Of a stretch of 64,000 nt of DNA, positions 1 through 8,565 are shown one piece after another. The translations under genes were made by a program, and so were the position numbers. Numbering within the stretch: position 1 is the first letter of the stretch; each line of letters begins with the position of its first letter. The stretch lies in assembly GCA_963664225.1 (NCBI GenBank), contig OY760937.1:4288001-4352000 (forward strand), given 5' to 3'. The stretch comes from Verrucomicrobiia bacterium (GTDB taxonomy: Bacteria > Verrucomicrobiota > Verrucomicrobiia > Limisphaerales > UBA1319). The notes under the pieces were generated by a model, which saw nothing but the letters and a program-made list of their open reading frames with translations, had not been told where the DNA came from and did no database searches.

Positions 1-101
1 CCATTCACCCAAATGGCGATTGGCCTTGATGGCGCAGTTGCAAAGCCGGGCCAAGGGACTGGAGCATGTTATGCACAGACTGAACGAGAGACCCGAAAGG
101 T

Positions 102-1025
102 TTAATCCGGAGGAATTTCCGAGCCGTCCAGGGCGGGGTTGCTTACCGGGCTGTCAAATCGCACGTTTCCACGGACGATCCCTTCGTATTTGTCGTAGAA
201 CTGGCCCCAAATAAGGCTGCTGGGTCTGACGAGCACCGAATGGCCATCCACATACACGGCGTTTACACGCTTGTTATGTTTTCGCATCTGGGATTGGAAA
301 CGAAAATTCTGATTGCCTTTGGCCGCCGTCTGATCGGGATAGCTGCCGCCCGCCCAATAGCTGTCGAACCAGGCCGCATCCGCTTTTTCATTGCCAATTC
401 CGCCCCCGATTTCCTTGGGATCGTCAGTGCCGTTGCATTCCGTCATCGCAATGGATTTCACCGGACTCTTGACCGACGACATCTTCCGCACGGTTCCTGA
501 ATCCGTGAACACCCCGAGATAATTGAATCCATAGGATAGAAATCCCGTATATTGCGGATTAAATGTGCCTGATTCGGTTTTGTAGGTCTGCCCCCGCTTT
601 TTGGTGGGGCATACCCAGACACTGGGATTCTTGAGATAGGGATGGAGTTGGATGGCCGGAGTGCGGAGCCACTCCCCGCCGCAATTCAACCCCGCCGAGT
701 TTTTGTAGGGTCCCACCACCCACCATTGATTGGGCAATTGGTCGTTAAAATCACCGACGTAAAGCATCATGGCGATGCCAATCTGATGGGTGTTACTGAG
801 GCATCCGGTGGCCTGGGCCTTGGCTTTGGCCTTGCCCAACGCGGGCAACAACATGCCCGCCAGGATGGCGATGATGGCGATGACCACCAGCAATTCGATC
901 AGCGTGAAACCGGCGAGCCTATGATTACGGCGGGTCCGACGGGCGCGTTGGAATTGATATGGCGACAAACGATTTGAGAGTGTTTCCCCCGGAAGGAACG
1001 CGGTTTCTGAGGTGTGGATGCTCAT
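102..1025 (-). CDS. Prepilin-type N-terminal cleavage/methylation protein with C-terminal H-X9-DG motif (DUF1559-like)
   Basis: [25 protein letters not shown] prepilin motif; [12 protein letters not shown] = H-X9-DG. Start placed at ATG 1025 (MSIHTSET); the ORF is open to 1235. Confidence 0.85.
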   Translation of the reverse strand: MSIHTSETAFLPGETLSNRLSPYQFQRARRTRRNHRLAGFTLIELLVVIAIIAILAGMLLPALGKAKAKAQATGCLSNTHQIGIAMMLYVGDFNDQLPNQWWVVGPYKNSAGLNCGGEWLRTPAIQLHPYLKNPSVWVCPTKKRGQTYKTESGTFNPQYTGFLSYGFNYLGVFTDSGTVRKMSSVKSPVKSIAMTECNGTDDPKEIGGGIGNEKADAAWFDSYWAGGSYPDQTAAKGNQNFRFQSQMRKHNKRVNAVYVDGHSVLVRPSSLIWGQFYDKYEGIVRGNVRFDSPVSNPALDGSEIPPD

Positions 1026-1271
1026 AATGGAGATGATTGGTTCGCAACGTTCTGTAACCAGTCTGGAATGTTTTGAGGCAGCGAAGGACGATGCCAGGAC
1101 TTTTGGCGAGTTCGACGTTTCGGTTGGTTGCGTCAGAAATCGGCTCATAACCAGGGACAAGTTTAGTCCCGGATTATCACAAAAGCGAATGGATTCTGAT
1201 AGAACAGGACTATCGAAGAATAGGACGAAAATCACCCGGGGGTGATCTCCGGCATTTAAGGCCGCAAGCTC

Positions 1272-2453
1272 TTACGCCATGAACGCGGTGTCCCAGTCCT
1301 TCCACACGGGTTCCAGGCCGAGGCTGCGCAGGCGCGTGGCGACTTCCTTGGGTGAGCGGTCGTCCGCAATATCAAACTGGCCCGTGGCGTCGGTGGGATG
1401 ATCCGCACCCGGGACAAAGGTTGCGGCCGTCCGGTGTTGGGTTTTTAAGGTGTTTTCCCGTCCAGCGCCGGTGTAGCCGCCAGGTTCGGTGTGGCTGCCC
1501 GCGCTGATCTGGGTGATGCCCAGGGGTATGAGTCCATCGCGCAATGCGGCGGGTTCACGGGTGGAGAGAACGAGATGGACATTCGGGAACAGCAGGCGTG
1601 TGGCGGCGATGAGTTGGGCAAACTCGCGGTCCGAGATGGGGCAGCGTGGGATGAACCCGCTGGCCGCTGGCCGGAGGCGCGGCAGGGAAATGCTGATCTG
1701 CGCCTTCCAGCAGTTTTTCAAAAGCCATTGGGCGTGGGCCATCAGGCAGAGCGCCTCCAGACGCCAGTCATTGAGGCCGAGCAATGCGCCCAAACCGAGC
1801 TTGCGAAATCCAGCGGCGTAGGCCCGCTCGGGTGTTCCCAGACGCCAGTTGAAATCGCTTTTAGGCCCCGAGGGATGCAATGGTCCGTAAAGCGCCCGGT
1901 CGTAGGTTTCCTGAAAAACGACCAATCCCTCCGCTCCGGCTTTGACGATGGGGGCGTAATCCCCGGTGGACATGGGCCCGACCTCCAGCGACACGGCCGG
2001 AGCCAGGTCGATGAGCGCGCTGACGCATTCAGCGAGGTACGCGGGTGGAACGAGTTTGGGATGTTCGCTGGCGACCAAAAGTAGATTTCGAAAACCCTGA
2101 GCGGCCAGGGCTTCAGCCTCGCGCCGGACTTCTTCGACGGACAGGGTGACACGCACAATGTCGTTACGCAGGGCAAAGCCGCAGTATTGGCAATTGTTGA
2201 CGCATTGGTTGGAAATGTAGATCGGAGCGAACATGCGGATGACCTTGCCGAAGCGCTGGCGGGTCATGGCCTGGGCGCGCTGGCAGAGGGGCTCGAGCAT
2301 TCCGGCGGCGGCCGGGGAAATCAGCACGGCAAAGTCCGCCAAAGAAAGCTCCGTCCGGTCCAAACACAGGTGTGCCTGGGCCGCATTGGCGGCGAGGGAA
2401 CGCCGGTGAACGCTGCCAAGCGCCTCCGGATTGAACTGATCCACAAAACTCAT
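1272..2453 (-). CDS. thiH: 2-iminoacetate synthase (radical SAM, thiamine thiazole synthesis)
   Basis: CVNNCQYC radical SAM motif after FAPIYISN; ISLPRLRP, LSTRE, ISAGSHTEPGGY and GQFDIADDRS are ThiH-type motifs. Confidence 0.88.
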   Translation of the reverse strand: MSFVDQFNPEALGSVHRRSLAANAAQAHLCLDRTELSLADFAVLISPAAAGMLEPLCQRAQAMTRQRFGKVIRMFAPIYISNQCVNNCQYCGFALRNDIVRVTLSVEEVRREAEALAAQGFRNLLLVASEHPKLVPPAYLAECVSALIDLAPAVSLEVGPMSTGDYAPIVKAGAEGLVVFQETYDRALYGPLHPSGPKSDFNWRLGTPERAYAAGFRKLGLGALLGLNDWRLEALCLMAHAQWLLKNCWKAQISISLPRLRPAASGFIPRCPISDREFAQLIAATRLLFPNVHLVLSTREPAALRDGLIPLGITQISAGSHTEPGGYTGAGRENTLKTQHRTAATFVPGADHPTDATGQFDIADDRSPKEVATRLRSLGLEPVWKDWDTAFMA

Positions 2454-2520
2454 CAGGCTAAATTAACAAAGACAGGGTGCAGGGCAAGCATCCAGAGGGG
2501 AGGGGTTGCGGTGGCAGCGG

Positions 2521-4050
2521 TCAGGTTATCTTGACGACCACGGCGGTGACATCGTCGAGTTGTTGGGTGTTATTTGAAAATACACGCACGGCCTGATAAA
2601 GGGCATCGACAATTTCGAAAGCGGGGCGGTTTAAGTGTGGACGGACGGCATTGAGGATGCGGTCCAGACCGAAAAAATCGCCAGCGGGGGACATGGATTC
2701 GTCCACGCCATCTGTGAGCAAAAGCACAACGTCCCCGGAGGCCAGTTGAATCTGGGAGGATTCCGTATATTTGGCATCCGGCTGGATGCCCAGCGGGCCG
2801 CCGGTGCGCTTGAGGAGGCATTTGAGTTCTCCTGACGCGCTGAGGACATATCCCGGGGGATGCCCGGCGCTCGCGTAGCTCAGGCGACGGTTTTTGGGAT
2901 CGAATTTCGTCAGGATCATGGTTACAAAGCGCTCGTAACTGACATCCTCGGCGAGCATTTGGTTGGCACGGTCCATGATGATGCCCAACTCGCTGCGATT
3001 GCGGGCGAGCAGGCGCAAATAAGCCCGGGTTTCGGCCATCAACATCGCGGGACCGATTCCGTGACCGGTGACATCCGCCACGACGACGCCCATGGCGCCA
3101 TCGGCCAGGGTGAGAAAGTCGAAGTAATCGCCGCCGGTGGCTTCCGCGGGATAGGAGGCGCCTGCGAGATCGAGGCCGGGAGTTTCCGGGGCGGACTTGG
3201 GGAAGAGGCGTTGTTGAATTTCCCGTGCGATTCGGAATTGTTCCTTGTTGTCGCGCAATTCGTTCTCGGCCTTTTTGCGTTCCGTGATGTCGCGGATGAA
3301 GGCGACGAGCCAGCGTTTGTGGTGCAATTCCATTTCGCTGAAGGCGATTTCAATGGCGATGCGGTGGCCGTCCTTATGCAAACCCACGGTTTCGCGCGGG
3401 GCATGTTTCACCTTGGGATCTCCGTGGAGCATGTAATCCTGCATCCCTGATATGTGTGCTCCGCGCAATTCATCCGGTTGAAGGATGGACAGGTTCTGGC
3501 CAACCAATTCAGTGGGAGAATAGCCAAAGACTGTTTCGACGGCGGGATTGGCGAAATGGATCAGACTTTCGGCATCCACCAGAATGACGGCGTCCGTGGA
3601 GGTCTCCCAAAGCAGGCGGTAACGCAGTTCGCTTTCGCGCAAGGCGGTCACGGCCTGGCGTCGCGCGGCGCGGCTTTCGGCCTCGCGGAGTTCGCGCGTA
3701 ACGGCAGGGACTAGGCGGGCGAGATTGCCCTTCATCAGGTAATCGTGGGCCCCGGCCTTCATGGCGGCCACTGCGATGTCCTCGCCGATTCCGCCGGAGA
3801 CAATGATGAAAGGCATGTCCAGGCCGCTTTGTCGGAGAACCTCCAGGGCTTCCTGCATGCTGAAGCGGGGCATGTTGAAATCCGACAGAACGAGATCCCA
3901 CTCTTGAGCACCCAGGGCTTCAAGCATTTCCTCACGCGTTTCGACCCTGCGGAATTGGGGATCAAATCCACCCTGGCGCAGCACATTGACCAGCATGGCC
4001 GCGTCAAACTCGGAATCCTCAACAATCAATGCGCGTAATGGAACTTTCAT
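2521..4050 (-). CDS. REC-PAS-PP2C (SpoIIE/RsbU-like) serine phosphatase
   Basis: N-terminal receiver (LIVEDS, DLVLSDFNMP, GAHDYLMK); PAS domain; PP2C motifs GGDYFDF, ADVTGHG, LLTDGVDE, DDVTAVV. Start ATG 4050. Confidence 0.88.
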   Translation of the reverse strand: MKVPLRALIVEDSEFDAAMLVNVLRQGGFDPQFRRVETREEMLEALGAQEWDLVLSDFNMPRFSMQEALEVLRQSGLDMPFIIVSGGIGEDIAVAAMKAGAHDYLMKGNLARLVPAVTRELREAESRAARRQAVTALRESELRYRLLWETSTDAVILVDAESLIHFANPAVETVFGYSPTELVGQNLSILQPDELRGAHISGMQDYMLHGDPKVKHAPRETVGLHKDGHRIAIEIAFSEMELHHKRWLVAFIRDITERKKAENELRDNKEQFRIAREIQQRLFPKSAPETPGLDLAGASYPAEATGGDYFDFLTLADGAMGVVVADVTGHGIGPAMLMAETRAYLRLLARNRSELGIIMDRANQMLAEDVSYERFVTMILTKFDPKNRRLSYASAGHPPGYVLSASGELKCLLKRTGGPLGIQPDAKYTESSQIQLASGDVVLLLTDGVDESMSPAGDFFGLDRILNAVRPHLNRPAFEIVDALYQAVRVFSNNTQQLDDVTAVVVKIT

Positions 4051-4302
4051 AACCGGCCTTCGCCTCCTCTCCGTGTCTTGAAAAAGGCACGCGTCTGGCC
4101 GCCGAACAAAGAAATGCAGCGCGGCATCTCTGTAAGGCTGCCGCCGCGAAATTTCCACAAGTCGGTTTGCATGGGCTCAATTTTAGAGAGGCGCTGCGGA
4201 AAAACCATCACTTTTTACGACTGCAAATCCGGCGGTTGAATTGACTGGGGCTAAATCCAGCACTTCCGGCGTGACCACCAAAGGTAATGCTGGCATATTG
4301 GC

Positions 4303-5064
4303 TTGGTGACACCGAATGATGCCTACGAATTGCTGGAACGATATCGCACTGGGAAAGTGACCCGGGAGAAGGTGCTGCAAGCCTTCCAATCGGCACCGAT
4401 GGCGGAACTGGGATTTGCCCATGTGGATACGCACCGGGCGTTGCGCCAGGGTTTCCCCGAGGTCATTTATGGTGGCGGCAAGACCCCGGAACAAGTGGTG
4501 AAGATCGCCGCCAAAATTTTGGAGCGCGATTCGCGGCTGCTCGTTACGCGGGCCGGGCCTGAGCACGCGAAAAAGATGCGCCGGATTTTTAAGAAGGCGA
4601 AGTATCATGAAGCCGCGCGGTGCATCACAGTGGAAACAGCGCCGCATCCCAAACGCCCGGGCAAGATTGTCGTGTTATGCGCGGGCACCAGCGATTTGCC
4701 TGTGGCCGAGGAGGCCGCGATCACCGCGGACATCATGGGTAACACGATCGAGCGCCTTTATGACGTGGGCGTGGCGGGGCTGCACCGGCTGCTGGGGAAA
4801 CTGGAGATGGTTCAGAGCGCGAACGTGCTCGTGGTGGTGGCGGGCATGGAAGGGGCGCTGCCCAGCGTGGTGGCGGGATTGGTGTCGCGCCCGGTGATTG
4901 CCGTGCCGACCAGCATAGGTTATGGGGCGAGCTTTGGGGGTGTGGCGGCGCTGCTGGGCATGCTCAATAGTTGCGGCAGCGGGGTGACGGTGGTGAATAT
5001 CGACAATGGGTTTGGCGCGGGATACGCGGCCAGCCAGATCAATGCGCTGGCGGTTGGCGCTTGA
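4303..5064 (+). CDS. larB: Nickel-pincer cofactor biosynthesis protein LarB (PurE-like)
   Basis: [66 protein letters not shown]; larC lies downstream. Confidence 0.93.
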   Translation: MVTPNDAYELLERYRTGKVTREKVLQAFQSAPMAELGFAHVDTHRALRQGFPEVIYGGGKTPEQVVKIAAKILERDSRLLVTRAGPEHAKKMRRIFKKAKYHEAARCITVETAPHPKRPGKIVVLCAGTSDLPVAEEAAITADIMGNTIERLYDVGVAGLHRLLGKLEMVQSANVLVVVAGMEGALPSVVAGLVSRPVIAVPTSIGYGASFGGVAALLGMLNSCGSGVTVVNIDNGFGAGYAASQINALAVGA

Positions 5065-5097
5065 GAGGCTTTGCATCTATGTTTGGCGAACCTTTTA

Positions 5098-5261
5098 ACC
5101 CGAAATCCGAAATAAGAATGGTCAAGACGATGCAATGCTTTGAGACAGCCATGATTTGCAATCGGCGAAGGTGTATTAAATCAATACTCCACAGCCGGTT
5201 TCAAACCATGGATGGCCAAATGATTGCGTCAGATGGGCCGTTCCTATTTCGGATTTCGGGT
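5098..5261. mobile_element. 164-bp MITE, copy 1 (non-autonomous, ACCCG...CGGGT ends)
   Basis: ~26-bp imperfect terminal inverted repeat ACCCGAAATCCGAAATA(A/G)GAA(T/C)GG(T/C)C. 3-bp duplication TTA at 5095-5097 and, beyond the intron, at 7237-7239. Near-identical copy at 37638-37801. Confidence 0.85.
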
Positions 5262-7236
5262 GTGCGCCAGTGAAATTGGTAGCCTCGTGGGTGAAAGTCC
5301 CGCCGGTCGAATTAGACGGTTCACGACCGAAATGCAGCGTCCGGGACGAGGCCGTGAGGCCGAACCACAAGCGGGACGCTGAAAGAACTGTCGGGTCGTA
5401 ACGAAAGTAAACCTCATCAAATGAGCTCCGAAACCGAAATAACCGGTAAGCCGAGCCGCTACCCGAACGGCGAAGGCAGAAACGCGGCGTCATCAAATCG
5501 TCAAATGGGCGCTGTTGATTCCGGCGGAGTCAGCGAGGGCGACACGACAGGAAGGGAAACCAAGGTAAGCTGGGAGATCTCTGGAGGCGGGGCGATAAAG
5601 CCTCAACCGCCGGTGCAAGGAGGAACACCCTCCGAGGCCGCACGGGCAGCCAGAGAAGTCGGAGTCTTCCATAGTAGCGAAGAAGCTGGGGCGACCAAAA
5701 CCCCGGCGGAGCCAAGGGAAGGCACTTGGATCGAAGCGAATCAAAACAGCGAGGGACAGGGAGATGGCCTTGAGGGAGTGGAAACACTTTTTCAACGGAT
5801 AACAACCCCGATAAAAGTTCAAAAGCTGCAGCGAGCGCTATATTGCAAAGCCAAGGCTGAGCCGAAGTATCGGTTTTACAGCCTCTACGGAGAACTGCTG
5901 CGGAAGGACGTGCTGGAAACGGCAATGGCCTCCGTGGCGCACAACAATGGCGCGGCTGGGATCGACGGGCAGACATGCGACGTCTATCTTGCCAGCGACG
6001 AAGCCTGGGACCAATGGCGGAACCAACTGCTGGAGGAGTTACGCACGAAGAAGTATCGGCCAAGCCCGGTGAAGCGTGTGTATATACCAAAAGGAGACGG
6101 GAAGCTGCGACCCCTGGGCATCCCGACAGTGAAAGACCGGGTGGTGCAGACAGCGGTGGTGATTGTATTGCTGCCGATTCTGGAAGCCGATAGTCATCCG
6201 AACAGTTACGCCTATCATCCCAAACGCAATGCCCACCAAGCAATGGAGGCGATCAAGAAGGCTACGCTGACAGGACGCGTCGAAGTTATAGACGCGGACT
6301 TAAGCGGGTATTTTGACAGCATTCCCCACAGGCGTTTGTTGCGCATAGTGGCCAAGCGGGTCAGCGATGGAACAATTCTCAAGCTGATCGCAGGATGGCT
6401 GCGCGCGCCCGTGAATGAACCGCAAAGCGACACAGGGAAAGGCGGGACAAAGGGGGGGCAAGGTCAGAATCGACGGGGGACTCCGCAAGGCGGGGTTGTA
6501 TCGCCGATTTTAGCCAATGCATACCTCAACCAGTTGGATTGGGAAGTCAACGAACGCTGCGAACTCAAACCCGTGATGGTGAGATACGCGGATGATTTCG
6601 TGATACTCGGACAGCCGGGGCAGGGACGGGAACTGATGGAACGACTGGAACGATGGCTGAAGCAACGCGAGTTAGTGCTCAACGAGAAGAAGACCCGCTT
6701 GGTGGACCTCCGCCAGGATGGCATCAAATTCTTGGGATTCGCGCTAACAATGCGACAGGGGAAGGGGAAATGGAAATATCCGCATGTGGAACCCCATCCC
6801 AAGAGCCAGAAGAAGTTTCGAGACGGGATTCGGGAGAAACTCAACCGAAGCACGCTATGGCGTGATATCGGAGAGGTGATTCCCGAGCTCAACAAGAAAC
6901 TCAAAGGTTGGAAGGGTTACTTTCACTACGGGAACAGCACCAAGGTGATGGGCCAGATGAACGAATACGTCAGCAGCAAGTTACAACGATGGTTGTGGCG
7001 CAAACACGGATGTAGTCGGGCGCAATGGTCCACATACCCCAAGGAGGATCTCTATGAGCGTTATGGTTTATACCAAATGCCGGAATATGCGGCATGGAAA
7101 CGATGACGTCGAAGCGATGCAACGTATGATCCCCGGAGAGCCGGATGCGGGAAAACCGCCTGTCCGGTTCGATGAGGGGCGAAATGCGACGGTCATTGGC
7201 CACGGCCATTCAATCCGTCCATTTCGCCTACTCTAC
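5262..7236 (+). mobile_element. Group II intron (IIB-like RNA features)
   Basis: 5' end GTGCG at 5262; domain V GAGCCGGATGCGGGAAAACCGCCTGTCCGGTTC at 7138-7170; domain VI with bulged A at ~7230 ending in AC at 7236. EBS1 ACCCGAA (5461-5467) sits in a GCCG/CGGC hairpin and is complementary to the 5' exon end TTCGGGT. Confidence 0.92.
5778..7106 (+). CDS. ltrA: Group II intron reverse transcriptase/maturase, no C-terminal endonuclease domain
   Basis: GAAGIDG, RVYIPKGDGKLRPLGIPTVKDRVVQ, DADLSGYFDSI, GTPQGGVVSPILAN, VRYADDFV and X-domain LKGWKGYF. Probable GTG start at 5778 with purine-rich GAGGGA just upstream; the ORF is open from 5421. Confidence 0.93.
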   Translation: METLFQRITTPIKVQKLQRALYCKAKAEPKYRFYSLYGELLRKDVLETAMASVAHNNGAAGIDGQTCDVYLASDEAWDQWRNQLLEELRTKKYRPSPVKRVYIPKGDGKLRPLGIPTVKDRVVQTAVVIVLLPILEADSHPNSYAYHPKRNAHQAMEAIKKATLTGRVEVIDADLSGYFDSIPHRRLLRIVAKRVSDGTILKLIAGWLRAPVNEPQSDTGKGGTKGGQGQNRRGTPQGGVVSPILANAYLNQLDWEVNERCELKPVMVRYADDFVILGQPGQGRELMERLERWLKQRELVLNEKKTRLVDLRQDGIKFLGFALTMRQGKGKWKYPHVEPHPKSQKKFRDGIREKLNRSTLWRDIGEVIPELNKKLKGWKGYFHYGNSTKVMGQMNEYVSSKLQRWLWRKHGCSRAQWSTYPKEDLYERYGLYQMPEYAAWKR

Positions 7237-7277
7237 TTAAGAGGGCATGTTTAGTTTTTAAATCATCCGGGCATACC

Positions 7278-8528
7278 ATGGCGAACATACTTTATTTGGA
7301 CCTTATCAGCGGCATCAGCGGAGACATGTTTCTGGGGGCGATGCTTGATCTGGGGGTGGATTTTGAACGGCTCAAGCGCGAACTGAGCTGGTTGTGCGCG
7401 GACGGTTGCACGCTGCGTTTTGAGCGCAAGGGGAAAATGGGCATTAACGGCGTCAAGTTCGATGTCGATCTGGCGCCGGTTCACGAGCACCACCATGAAG
7501 ACGAATCCGCCCATAAACACGGCGGGGCCGCTCATTCGCATGGCCATGAGCATGGACGGAATTTTGCGGAGATTCGCAAGCTCATCGAGACCAGTCCTTA
7601 TTCGGTCTGGGTGAAGGAGCGGGCGATTTCGATGTTTTCCCGGGTGGCGGTGGCCGAGGGGAAGATTCACGGGCATCCTCCCGAGGAAGTCCATTTTCAC
7701 GAGGTCGGCGCCATGGATTCCATCGTCGATATTGTCGGCGCATGCCTGGCCCTGGAATGGCTGGGGCGGCCGCGGGTGCTGGCCTCTGCGGTGGTGGATG
7801 GGACGGGATGGATCGATTGCGCGCATGGGCGTTTTCCCATTCCCGCGCCGGCCACGCTCGAAATATTGGCGGCACGGCAGGTGGCGGTAAGCCAATGCGA
7901 CGAGCCGCATGAACTGGTGACGCCCACGGGAGCGGCCTTGTTATCGGAGTTTGCCCAGGAGTTTGGCCCGATGGTTGGGCTCAAGCCGGTGAGAATCGGA
8001 TATGGCATCGGGGGACGGGATCATGTGACGCGACCCAATGTGTTGCGCGCGGTGCTTTGTGAAACGGATGAATCCAAGTCCGATTGGGAGACCGATAACG
8101 TGGTTCTGCTGGAAAGCAATATCGACGATTTGAATCCTGAAATTCTTGGAAATTTCATGGAAGTGGCCTTGGGGGCGGGCGCGTTGGATGTGTTTTACAC
8201 ACCCATCCAAATGAAGAAGAACCGGCCCGGAACGATGCTGTCACTCTTGTGCCCGATCGGGCAGGCGGATGCTTTTGCGGCGTTGATCCTCAGGGAAACC
8301 AGCGCGTTTGGCGTACGAAAAATCGTCTGCGAGCGTCGGAAATTGAGACGGGAGTTTTCCATCGTGGAGACTTCCTACGGACCGGTATCCATCAAGGTGG
8401 GGCGGCTCGATGGCGAGGTCTTGCACCGCACGCCCGAGTATGAATCCTGCAGGGAATTGGCGGCCAAGAAGAACGTGCCGGTGCGAAAGGTCTATGAAGC
8501 GGCCATCAAGGCGCTGCCCAAGGTTTGA
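7278..8528 (+). CDS. larC: Nickel-pincer cofactor nickel insertase LarC
   Basis: YLDLISGISGDMFLGAM, His-rich tract, VHFHEVGAMDSIVDIVG, ELVTPTGAA, ESNIDD, MKKNRPG, PEYESC. Confidence 0.93.
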   Translation: MANILYLDLISGISGDMFLGAMLDLGVDFERLKRELSWLCADGCTLRFERKGKMGINGVKFDVDLAPVHEHHHEDESAHKHGGAAHSHGHEHGRNFAEIRKLIETSPYSVWVKERAISMFSRVAVAEGKIHGHPPEEVHFHEVGAMDSIVDIVGACLALEWLGRPRVLASAVVDGTGWIDCAHGRFPIPAPATLEILAARQVAVSQCDEPHELVTPTGAALLSEFAQEFGPMVGLKPVRIGYGIGGRDHVTRPNVLRAVLCETDESKSDWETDNVVLLESNIDDLNPEILGNFMEVALGAGALDVFYTPIQMKKNRPGTMLSLLCPIGQADAFAALILRETSAFGVRKIVCERRKLRREFSIVETSYGPVSIKVGRLDGEVLHRTPEYESCRELAAKKNVPVRKVYEAAIKALPKV

Positions 8529-8565
8529 TTCCACTTTCGAAAGCGGCACCCGCGCCTGCTGAGGA

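Noticed and set aside
1272..2453. HydG hydrogenase maturase, or a TPP riboswitch upstream
   Set aside because: The protein lacks the HydG C-terminal Cys motif and has a ThiH-type C-terminus; the 67-bp upstream gap shows no riboswitch consensus.
5091..5261. Integron attC site targeted by a class C intron
   Set aside because: The ends do not fit RYYYAAC/GTTRRRY, there is no integrase or cassette array, and the 3-bp duplications fit a MITE better.
5421..5777. N-terminal 119 codons of the 561-aa RT ORF as protein-coding
   Set aside because: This stretch overlaps intron RNA domains, including the EBS1 hairpin. RT similarity begins only near GTG 5778, so the open frame is probably incidental.
5778..7106. 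RT as a DGR, retron or CRISPR-associated reverse transcriptase
   Set aside because: It has YADD plus a maturase X domain and lies within clear group II intron boundaries (GTGCG start, domain V, domain VI ending in AC).
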